From NCBI GenBank assembly GCA_964565715.1, contig CAZMGG010000011.1, positions 121-64,120 of the forward strand: a stretch of 64,000 nucleotides of DNA. Direction: 5' to 3'. A program made the translations under genes and the position numbers. Below the pieces are notes generated by a model. The model searched no databases, was not told the origin of the DNA, and was given only the letters and a program-made list of their open reading frames with translations. This DNA comes from an uncultured candidatus Brocadiaceae bacterium (lineage in GTDB: Bacteria > Planctomycetota > UBA1135 > UBA2386). Positions 21,483 through 29,900 of the stretch are shown one piece after another. Position 1 is the first letter of the stretch. The number at the start of each line of letters is the position of its first letter.

Positions 21483-22073
21483 CTACGGCGTCCGGTCGAG
21501 TTGCGCCTGTTCGGCGGGGGTCAGCCGGGCCCGCAAGCCGGGCGTCTCCTCGCACAGGCCCACGGCGTCGGCCAGGTCCACCAGGCGTTTCGATCGCCGA
21601 CGTCCCGGGTCGGCGGCTGCGCGCAACTTGGCGCGCACGAGGTCGAAGGACGTGGCGATTCGCAGCCTGCCCTCACCCAGCGGGTGCTCTTCGGCATTCC
21701 GCACGGCATCGGCGAGCAGGGGATCCGCGGTGAACTGGACCGGCGTTCCGTCCGGTCCCTGCCACTTCTCCGAGTGTGTGTGCCGCCCGAGGCGCCGGAA
21801 GCCCCCGGCCTGCAACGCCGCCACGGGAATCTGGTCGTAGGACAGCAGGGCCAGATCGACGTCCAGCGTCGTGCGCGGCTCACGGCTGTGGAACTGCACC
21901 GCCAGCCCACCGATCACCGCGTAAGGGGTTGCGGCTTCGGTCAGCAACCTCGCCAGCGCCAGCACCGTCTGCTCCTTGCCCCGCATCGAGCCTCCCTCGC
22001 CGCCGTCTTGGATGAGATGGAAGCGGACATCCAGCCGGGAGCTCAGGTCCAGCAACTCGGCCAGGGTCCGCAT
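21483..22073 (-). CDS. nucleotidyltransferase-fold protein (MNT/DUF6036-like), function unknown
   Basis: PYAVIGGLAVQFH...TLDVDLAL is a GG...DxD minimal-NTase pattern. A helical tail (RRRSKRLVDLADAVGL) follows. The start could instead be the internal ATG at 21986. Confidence 0.5.
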   Translation of the reverse strand: MRTLAELLDLSSRLDVRFHLIQDGGEGGSMRGKEQTVLALARLLTEAATPYAVIGGLAVQFHSREPRTTLDVDLALLSYDQIPVAALQAGGFRRLGRHTHSEKWQGPDGTPVQFTADPLLADAVRNAEEHPLGEGRLRIATSFDLVRAKLRAAADPGRRRSKRLVDLADAVGLCEETPGLRARLTPAEQAQLDRTP

Positions 22074-22133
22074 CGGCGGGATGATACCGGCGCACGGGCC
22101 GGCCGCCGCCTGGACCGGCGGCCGGCGCGGGCT

Positions 22134-23333
22134 ATGGTGCGCCGGCCGATGGACCTCTGCGTCTACGCCCATCCGTGGGACCTGCGTGACCTCGCGCCGC
22201 ACGGCGGGCTGCCGCGGCTGCGGGAGCTGGGCTTCCAGGAGGTGGCGCTGGCGGTGGCCTACCACGCCGGCCGCTGGCTGACGCCGTGGAGCGGCGATGG
22301 CCTCGTGCGCTTCCTCGAGGACGGCACGGTGCACTTCCGGCCGCAGGAGACCTACGGCGAACTGCGGCCGCTGCCTTCCTCGGAGGTGCGACCCGGCGAG
22401 CCGTCGCCGCTGGAACGGCTGTGCGCGGAGGCGCCCGCGGCGGGCCTGCGGGCGCGCGCCTGGGCGGTGTTCCACCACAACAGCCGGCTCGGGCGGCTGC
22501 ATCCGGCGAGCACGGTGCAGAACTGTCTCGGCGACCGTTATCCGTATGCGTTGTGCCCGGCGCGGCCCGAGGTGCAGGACTACACCGCGACGATGGTGCG
22601 CGACCTGTTGGCCCACCCGGGACTCGCGGCGATCGAGCTGGAAGGCCTCGGCTGGATGGGCTGGAAGCACTCGAGCCACCACGAGAAGGCCAGCTTCGCG
22701 CCGGCCGGGCTGCTGGAGCTGGCGCTGTCGGCGTGCTTCTGCGAGCACTGCGAGCCGGCCTATGCCGGCGATGGCCACGATCCGGCCCTGCTGCGCGCCT
22801 TCTGCACCGCGGAGACAACGCGGCTGCTGCGGGACGGCGACGCGATGGCGCCGGCTGTAGCGCTGAGCGAGGCGGCGTGGCGGCAGGCGGCGACGGAGCC
22901 GGAGCTGGCCTTCGCGGTGCCGTCGACGCGGGCGAGCGTGATGTCGGCGTTGGTGCGACGGCTGCGGCAACACTGGCCCGAGGGCATCGCGCGCGCGGTG
23001 CAAGTGCATCCATCGCGCTGGTTCGCCGGCAGCCAGCTGCCGGTGGCGCAGGCCCAGGGTCTCGGTCGCGAGGACGAGTTCGTGCTCACCGCCTACGGCG
23101 AGAGCCTGGAGGGCATCGAGCGCCTGCTGACGATGGCGGACATGCACCTGCTGCGCGATCGGCGGAAGCGGCTGTGCATCTGGCCGAAGGCGCCGCAGTT
23201 CCGTTCCGACGACGACCTGCGGGCGCTGCGGGCGTCGTGCGGGAAGCACGGCATCACGGCGCTGTCGATCTACCACCTCGGCCTCTTGCCGTGGCGCACG
23301 CTGGAGCGGGTGGCGAAGGTGCTGGCCGGATGA
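22134..23333 (+). CDS. hypothetical protein (possibly TIM-barrel glycoside-hydrolase-like)
   Basis: MVRRPMDLCVYAHPWDLRDL...GFQEVALAVAYHAG...IELEGLGWMGWKHSSHHEK... has alternating beta/alpha character. The family assignment is a guess. Confidence 0.55.
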   Translation: MVRRPMDLCVYAHPWDLRDLAPHGGLPRLRELGFQEVALAVAYHAGRWLTPWSGDGLVRFLEDGTVHFRPQETYGELRPLPSSEVRPGEPSPLERLCAEAPAAGLRARAWAVFHHNSRLGRLHPASTVQNCLGDRYPYALCPARPEVQDYTATMVRDLLAHPGLAAIELEGLGWMGWKHSSHHEKASFAPAGLLELALSACFCEHCEPAYAGDGHDPALLRAFCTAETTRLLRDGDAMAPAVALSEAAWRQAATEPELAFAVPSTRASVMSALVRRLRQHWPEGIARAVQVHPSRWFAGSQLPVAQAQGLGREDEFVLTAYGESLEGIERLLTMADMHLLRDRRKRLCIWPKAPQFRSDDDLRALRASCGKHGITALSIYHLGLLPWRTLERVAKVLAG

Positions 23334-23361
23334 TGCCGCTTTGTCCCTTCGGATTTCTGGC

Positions 23362-25029
23362 ATGAAGATCGGACTCTCCCTCGCCGCCTGTCTTCTGCTC
23401 GCGGCGACGCTCCCTGCCCAGGCGCCACCCGTGCGGCCGCGCCTCGTGGTGCTGTGCTCGGTGGACCAGCTCGCGAGCTGGGTGCTCGACGACGTGCTGC
23501 CGCACTGCGCGGGCGACGGCGGCTTCCGGCGGCTGCTGGACGAGGGCACGCGCTTCTCGCGCTGCGCCTATCTGCACGGCTGCACCGAGACGGGGCCCGG
23601 CCACGCCACGCTGTCCACCGGCGCGCCGGCGCGGTCGCACGGCATCGTCAAGAACCAGTGGTGGGACCCGGATTCGGCGGTGGCGCGGTACTGCGTCGAC
23701 GATGCGCGGGTCGAGGCGCTGCCCGACCTGCCGGAGGGCGGGGGCAAGGGTCCGGGCCTGCTGCTGGCGCCGACCATCGGCGAGGGCATCAAGGCCCATC
23801 TCGGCGCCCGCGCCCGCGTGGTGTCGGTGGCGTGGAAGGACCGCAGCTCGATCCTGCTGGCGGGCCCGGCGGCGGACGTGGCGGTCTGGTTCCACGCCGA
23901 GACCGGCCGGCTGGTGACCAGCCAGGCCTTCGGCCCGACGGCGCCGCCGTGGCTCGCGGCTTTCCAGGAACGGAGGGTCCTGGATGGCTTCTTCGGCCAG
24001 GTCTGGGAGCGCAGCGGGCCGGCGTCGGCCTACGCCGGTCTGGTCGACGACCGGCCGTTCGAGGCGCCGCACGGCAACGGCAGCCTGCAGCGCACCCTGC
24101 CGCAGAAGCTCACCGGCGGGCTCGAGGCGCCGGGGCCGCTGTTCTACGGCCAGGTCTACGCCTCGCCGTTCGGCAACGAGGCGGTGCTGCAGGCGGCGCT
24201 GGCGGCGGTGCAGGGCGAGAAGCTCGGCACCGACGACGTGCCGGACCTGTTGTGCGTCGGCTTCTCGTCGACGGACACCGTGGGGCACGCGTTCGGGCCC
24301 GACAGCGTCGAGGCCCGCGACGGGCTGCTGCGGCTCGATCGGCAGCTGGCGACGCTGCTGCAGGCCCTCGACCGGCAGGTGGGGGTGGGCCACTACGCGT
24401 TCCTGCTGTCGGCCGACCATGGCGTGGGGCCGATCCCGGAGGCCGCGGCGCAGGCCGGCGTGCCGGCCGGGCGCGGGCTGGTGCTGACCCGGGCCAAGGG
24501 GGCGGCCGAGTCGGCCCTGGCGCGCCGCTACGGCAGCCGCGAGGGGAAGGGTCCCTACGTGCCGCGGGCCAGCGAGATGTCGCTCTTCCTCGACCGCACG
24601 GCGCTGGCCGAGGCGGGCGTGCAGGGGGAGGCGGCGCTGAGAGAGGCGTTCCGCATCGCCGCCAACGCCGCCGCGGTGGCGCCGGGCGCGCTCACCGCGT
24701 TCGCCACCGACGAACTGCTGCGCCATGGTCCCGGCGAGGATCCGATCCGGCGGGCGATGTTCTTCGCCGCGCATCCCGAGCGGGCCGGCGACGTGCTGGT
24801 GGTGCTGCGGCCGTTCTGGCTCGACGGCACCTCGCCGGCCTCGCATGGCTCGCCGCACGCCTACGACCGCGAGGTGCCGCTGCTGGCGATGGGGCCGGGC
24901 ATCGCCGTGGGGATCGACCAGACGCCGGTGTCGCCGGGCCTGTGCGCGGTGCTGATCGCGCGCCTGCTCGGCATCCCGAAGCCGAGCCTCGCGGTGGACG
25001 AGGTGCCGCCGGGCGTGCTCGCCCGCTGA
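23362..25029 (+). CDS. secreted alkaline phosphatase superfamily protein (nucleotide pyrophosphatase/phosphodiesterase-like)
   Basis: Signal peptide MKIGLSLAACLLLAATLPAQ. VVLCSVDQL...TETGPGHATLSTGAPARSHGIVKNQWWD and ...GFSSTDTVGHAFGPDS...LLSADHG are metal-ligand blocks of the AP/NPP superfamily. Confidence 0.8.
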   Translation: MKIGLSLAACLLLAATLPAQAPPVRPRLVVLCSVDQLASWVLDDVLPHCAGDGGFRRLLDEGTRFSRCAYLHGCTETGPGHATLSTGAPARSHGIVKNQWWDPDSAVARYCVDDARVEALPDLPEGGGKGPGLLLAPTIGEGIKAHLGARARVVSVAWKDRSSILLAGPAADVAVWFHAETGRLVTSQAFGPTAPPWLAAFQERRVLDGFFGQVWERSGPASAYAGLVDDRPFEAPHGNGSLQRTLPQKLTGGLEAPGPLFYGQVYASPFGNEAVLQAALAAVQGEKLGTDDVPDLLCVGFSSTDTVGHAFGPDSVEARDGLLRLDRQLATLLQALDRQVGVGHYAFLLSADHGVGPIPEAAAQAGVPAGRGLVLTRAKGAAESALARRYGSREGKGPYVPRASEMSLFLDRTALAEAGVQGEAALREAFRIAANAAAVAPGALTAFATDELLRHGPGEDPIRRAMFFAAHPERAGDVLVVLRPFWLDGTSPASHGSPHAYDREVPLLAMGPGIAVGIDQTPVSPGLCAVLIARLLGIPKPSLAVDEVPPGVLAR

Positions 25030-25082
25030 CCTGGCCCGCGCGGTGCTCGGCCGCCGCGGCGGCGATGGCAAGGGGGCTTGCG

Positions 25083-25100
25083 GGCCCGGGGATCCGGGCC
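25083..25100 (+). terminator. 7-bp GC hairpin after the phosphatase gene
   Basis: ggcccgg-ggat-ccgggcc lies 54 nt after the stop. There is no U-tract. Confidence 0.25.
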
Positions 25101-25151
25101 GGGTGGCGTAGCCGCCGGGCGTCGCAGAACGGGGTACCCTTCTGCACCCCC

Positions 25152-25775
25152 ATGGACCGACTGATCGAACGATTCCCCCTCAAGCGCGGCGCCCACCAGG
25201 GTCGCCGGGACGGCATGTGCGCCATGGAGATGGTGGCGTGGCTCGCCGGCGAGGAGCACAGCGACGAGCCGCAGTGCGCCTGTCCGGTGATCGCCGCGTT
25301 CGTCCGCGCGCTCAACGACGCGCTGCCGAGCGATGCGGCGCGGACCCGCTGGCTGCGGCCGCTGGTGCCGCAGCTGGTGAACACCCGCGGCAGTGCGGCC
25401 GACGAACGGCGGCGCGGGCTGCAGGTGGCCGACGCGGTGGTGCGTGAGATCCTGCCGAAGGCGTTGCAGCGGGCGGGACGGACCGCCGAGGCGGATCTGT
25501 TCCGGCTGCTGCCGCCGGTGGCGGATCGGGCCAACGCGGCGCTGGCGTTGTGCGCGCTGCGGGCCTACGCCCAGGACCAGCACGCCGCCGAATGGCTGCT
25601 GGAGCGCGCCGCCGACGGCGCCACGCCGGCGCGGTTCGTCGCCGCCGGCGTGCAGGCGGCGCGGGAGGCGGCGGGCACCGACGGCCTGCGGGCGTGCGTC
25701 GACATCGTGCTGCGGATCTGCGGGCCACAGGGCGCCCAGGACGTCGCCGCGGACGCCCGCGAACTGGGCGCCTAG
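25152..25775 (+). CDS. hypothetical protein with N-terminal Cys cluster
   Basis: MDRLIERFPLKRGAHQGRRDGMCAMEMVAWLAGEEHSDEPQCACPVIAAFVRALND... The frame has good GC3. Its stop overlaps the convergent gene stop (CTAG at 25772-25775). Confidence 0.55.
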   Translation: MDRLIERFPLKRGAHQGRRDGMCAMEMVAWLAGEEHSDEPQCACPVIAAFVRALNDALPSDAARTRWLRPLVPQLVNTRGSAADERRRGLQVADAVVREILPKALQRAGRTAEADLFRLLPPVADRANAALALCALRAYAQDQHAAEWLLERAADGATPARFVAAGVQAAREAAGTDGLRACVDIVLRICGPQGAQDVAADARELGA

Positions 25776-26953
25776 CGGCCCAGGTAGTCGCGCAGCTCGC
25801 GGCTGCCCTGGGGCGGCACCCGGGCGGCCACGTCGTCCGGTCGCGCCAGGGCGAACGCGATGCCCAGCGAGAACGGGCCGATCGGCGCGTGGTTGCCGGT
25901 GTAGCGGCCATGGCCGTGGTAGCTGCCCTTCGCTACGAGATCGAAGCCGGTGACCTTGCCGTCCTTCACGCGCACTTCGCCCCGCAGGCGCAGGTGGTAG
26001 CCGCGGGCCGGCGCGCCATCGCCGGCGGGGGCTTGGGCGCGGGCCTCGCCGCGCACGACGAAGCGACCGTCGCCGGCCGGTTCCATGGTGAAGTCGGCCT
26101 GCCACACCTCGCGCGCGCGCCACATCGGCGGCTCGCCGCGGCTGTTGTCGATCAGGTGGAAGCGGGCGATGCGGGTGCCGAGGGTCTCGGGCCAGTGGCC
26201 ACGGGCCAGCGCGTCGGCCTCGGGCCCGGTGACCCAGAGGTGGTCGCGGCCGAGCCCTTCGCGGAACGGCCGGTGCCACTCGGGGTGCTCGACCTCGGGC
26301 CAGCGGGCCTCCAGCACGCGCGTGAAGACGGCGACGACGAGACCGCCGGCCGGCGGCGTGCGGGCGAACGTGGGATCGACGGCGGCAGCGCTGTCGGCGC
26401 CGGTGGCGGGGCTTGCCTCCGGCTTGCCCGTGGCAAGATGCTTCGTCAGCAGATCGCGCAGCCTGCCGGCGTCGCGGTGGTTCCAGCCGTGCACCAGGGT
26501 CCCGTCGGGTTCGGCCAGGTAGAACCCCTGGGTCGTCCGGCCCGGCGTCATGCCGTCGCGCTGGAACACGATCTTGCGGTAGAGCTCGCCCTCGGCGTCC
26601 TGCTGCCGGACGTGATACCACTCGTCCACCGCCACCGGCACGAAGTGCTCGCGCAGCCGCGCGATCACCGTCGGATCGGCGAAGCTGGACGCACGGTCCA
26701 GCACGCCGTTGTTTCAGGTGCAGCCGAGCGGATGGCCGTTCATCGACCAGACGAACAGGCGCTTGCCGTCCGCCTTCGCCTCGGCGGCGGCGGCCACGAG
26801 CTGCAGCCGCCAGGGGATCGTCTGCCAGGGCTCCGGTGCTGCGGGCACGAGCTGCGCGTGCAGCGACCGGAACTCGGCGGCGGTGAGCGGCGGCGGGGTG
26901 GGCGCGGGATCCTGGGGCGCCAGCAGGGTCACGGTGAGCAGGAGCGCGAGCAT
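25772..26953 (-). CDS. secreted thioredoxin-like protein with in-frame TGA (candidate selenoprotein, C-T-U) or disrupted gene
   Basis: Track ORFs 26714..26953 and 25772..26704 share one frame and are separated only by TGA AAC AAC GGC. The junction reads ...KRLFVWSMNGHPLGCT-TGA-NNGVLDRASSFADPTVIARLREHFVPVAVDEW. The signal peptide is on the upstream piece only. There is no SD for the downstream piece. Confidence 0.55.
26684..26702 (-). other. candidate SECIS-like hairpin
   Basis: On the mRNA, 11 nt 3' of the UGA, a perfect stem GCUGGAC/GUCCAGC forms with loop CGUGC. On the plus strand this is gctggac gcacg gtccagc. Confidence 0.4.
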
Positions 26954-26999
26954 CGCGCCACTCTAGCGCCCCTCGCTCTGGGCAAGCAGCCGATCGTCG

Positions 27000-29900
27000 T
27001 CAGCGGGCCGGGCCCGCCATCCGCGCCAGCAGTTCCTCCAGTGGCCCGCGGCGGCAGTGCCGCAGCCAGGGGCCGCTGACCGCCAGGGCCAGCGCCGTGT
27101 AGCCCAGGAAGGCGGCGAGCCCGACGGCCATCGGCCAGTCCTCGGCGGGCCAGGCGGCGCGCAGCAGCGGGAACAGCAGGGCCACGTGCAGCAGGTAGTG
27201 GGTGAGCGACAGCCGGCCGACGGCGGTCAGCGGCGCCCATGCGCGGCCGTTCGTGCGCAGCAGCAGGCAGCCACCGGTCACCGCCACCGCTCCGCTCGTC
27301 GCCAGCAGCAGGAACGGCAGCGTGGTCGGCACCCAGGTGAAGGCGAGCGGTGCCGCGGTGTCCGCCAGCGCGGCGTCGGCGGTGGCCTGCACGAGCTGCA
27401 GCGGCAGCAGGGCGGCCAGGGCCAGCCAGGTCCAGCGCCGCAGCCGGGCCGGCCGGTCGAGGCCCGCGCGCACCATGGCGATGCCGAGCAGCGGCAGGGC
27501 GAGCCACGGCAGCACCGGGTAGTTGCCGTCGAACAGGTAGTAGCGCACGGTCACGAGGCCGAAGGCGCTCCACATGGCGGGCGTGCCGTCCTCGTGCCAG
27601 TCGGCCTCGACCTGATCGCCGATGTGTGGCGCCGCTATGGGCGCCCGCACCCACGCCCCGGGGGCGAGGCCGCGCGCGCGCGAGGCCGGACGGCCCAGCA
27701 CCGGCAGCGCCAGCAGCAGCAGCAGGCCGAGCGGCGACAGCACCTCGGTGGGCCACAGCAGGAGGCCGAACGGGATGCCGAGCGCGATCAGCCCGAGCGC
27801 CCGTCGCGTCTGGCTCCCGACCGCGCGCGGGCCAGGGCCGCGGCCGCGCTGCACCGCCCAGGCGATGCCCGCCAGCAGGCAGAACAGGGCCGCCGGCTTG
27901 CCCTCCAGCAGGCGCGCCAGCAGGGCCGGCAGCAAAGCCCAGCCGTCGCCCTCGGTCGGCACCGTGTGCACGAACACCATGCCGAGCACGGCCAGCCCGC
28001 GGGCGGCATCCAGGGCCGGCAGGCGTGCGGCCGGCACGGTGGGCACGGCCGGTGGCACGGGCACCGGCGGTGCGGTGGGCGCGGCCGGTGCGGTGGGTGC
28101 GCCCGCGTAGTGTTCGCCGGCGGTGAGCCGTTCGTGCTTCATCACCACGCCGTGCGGCCCGACCACGGCGCCTTCGCCGATCGCAGCACCGTAGAGCACG
28201 ACGCTGGCGCGGCCGAGCGTCGCGCCGCGGCCGACGTGCACCGGCGCGGTCTTCAGCACGCGATCCTCGAAGCTGTGGGCCTGGAACATCGTGTCGACGG
28301 TGCCGTGGTCGGCCAGCCGCAGCATGTCGGGATCCACCACCTGGCTGAAGCCGGGGCCGAGCAGCACGGCGCGGCCGATCCGCATGCCCATCGCCCGCAG
28401 GTAGAACGGCAGCAGCAGGGTGCCTTCCAGGTGCTGCAGGAAGGGGGCGGCCCAGCGCTGCCAGCAGACGTAGAGGAAGTCCCAGCGGCTGGCCCAGCAC
28501 GACCACAGGGCGTGCTGGCCCGCGCGCACACGGCCGAGCAGCAGCCACTTGAGCAGCAGCACCAGCAGGCAGGGCGCCAGGGCCGCGACCAGCGTGGCGG
28601 AGCCGAGTGCTGGCAGCAGCAGGCCGAGGTCGGCGGCGAAGCGGGCTTCGGCGCGGCCGGCGAGCTGCAGCCAGAGCAGCGCCAGGAGCGCCGGCACGAC
28701 GGGCAGCAGGAAGCGCAGCCCTTCCCAGAAGAGCCGGTTGCCGCGCCGCAGCAGCCCGGGCTCGTGGGTGAGCCGCCGGTCGATGGTCACCACCTCGCGC
28801 CGCGGCAGCGCGAACGCCGGCAGGCCGAACCAGCCGGTGCCCGCCCGCATCGCGCGATCGTCGGCGATGGTGCAGACGCCCAGCAGCAGGTCGTCGGGCA
28901 GGCGCTGGCCCCCCTCGATCACCGCGTGGTTGCCGACGAAGGTGCGGGCGCCGAGCACCGCCGGCGCCACGGTGACTACGCCCTGCCGCAGGCGCGGCAC
29001 GCCGAGGTAGATGCCGTCGGCGAGGAAGCACTCCTCGCCCAGCGCGGTGTGTTCGGGCAGGGTCTCGAGGATCGTGCTGATCTCGCAGCGGCGGCCGATG
29101 CGCATGCCGGAAAGCCGCAGCCACGCCGGCCAGAACAGGGTGCCGGACAGCCATTCGCCCGCCGACTCCAGCAGGCCGGTGCGCAGCCACAGCCGGGCGT
29201 AGCACGGGTGCCAGCGGCTGAACGCACCCGCCGGCACCTTCGGGCCCCAACGCAGCAGCAGGGCCGCGGCCAGCAGGCGGGCCGGCAGCTCCAGCACCGT
29301 GCTGGCCAGCACCAGCAGCACGGCCAACGGTGCGGTCAGCGGCGCCTGCAGGAAGGCCAGTGCGGCCGGCGTGTCGACGCCACCGAGGTGCAGGGCCAGC
29401 AGCAGGAGCAGGGCGAAGGGCACCGCCAGCAGCGGCTGCAGTCCGAAGCGCAGCAACAGGAGCCGCATGGCGTGCCGCAGGGGCAGCCGGTCGTCGGAGC
29501 GGTCCACGCCCGGCGGTGTCTCGGCCGGTCCGGTGGGACGCGCCGGCACGCCGTCCCAGCGTTCATGGGCCGGCACCCGGCCGCCGGGCGGCAGGAACGC
29601 GAGCGGCCCCAGTTCGGCGCCTTCACCGATCTCGCTGCCGGGACCCATGCCGGCGCGCACGTGCAGCGTCGCCGCGCGCCGCACGGTCACCGGGCCGAAC
29701 ACCAGCTGGCCCTGATCCAGTTCGCACACTCCGAGCGCCGCCTCCTGGCCCACGGTGACGTCGTCGTGCAGTTCCAGCAGGTCCCAGCCGCCGCGCTGCA
29801 GGTCGACGCCGCGATGCAGGTGGACCCGCGCGCCGATGCGGGCGCCGAGCGCGCGCAAGGCCATGTTCTGCAGCTCGGTGCCGGCCAGCAGCGACCATGG

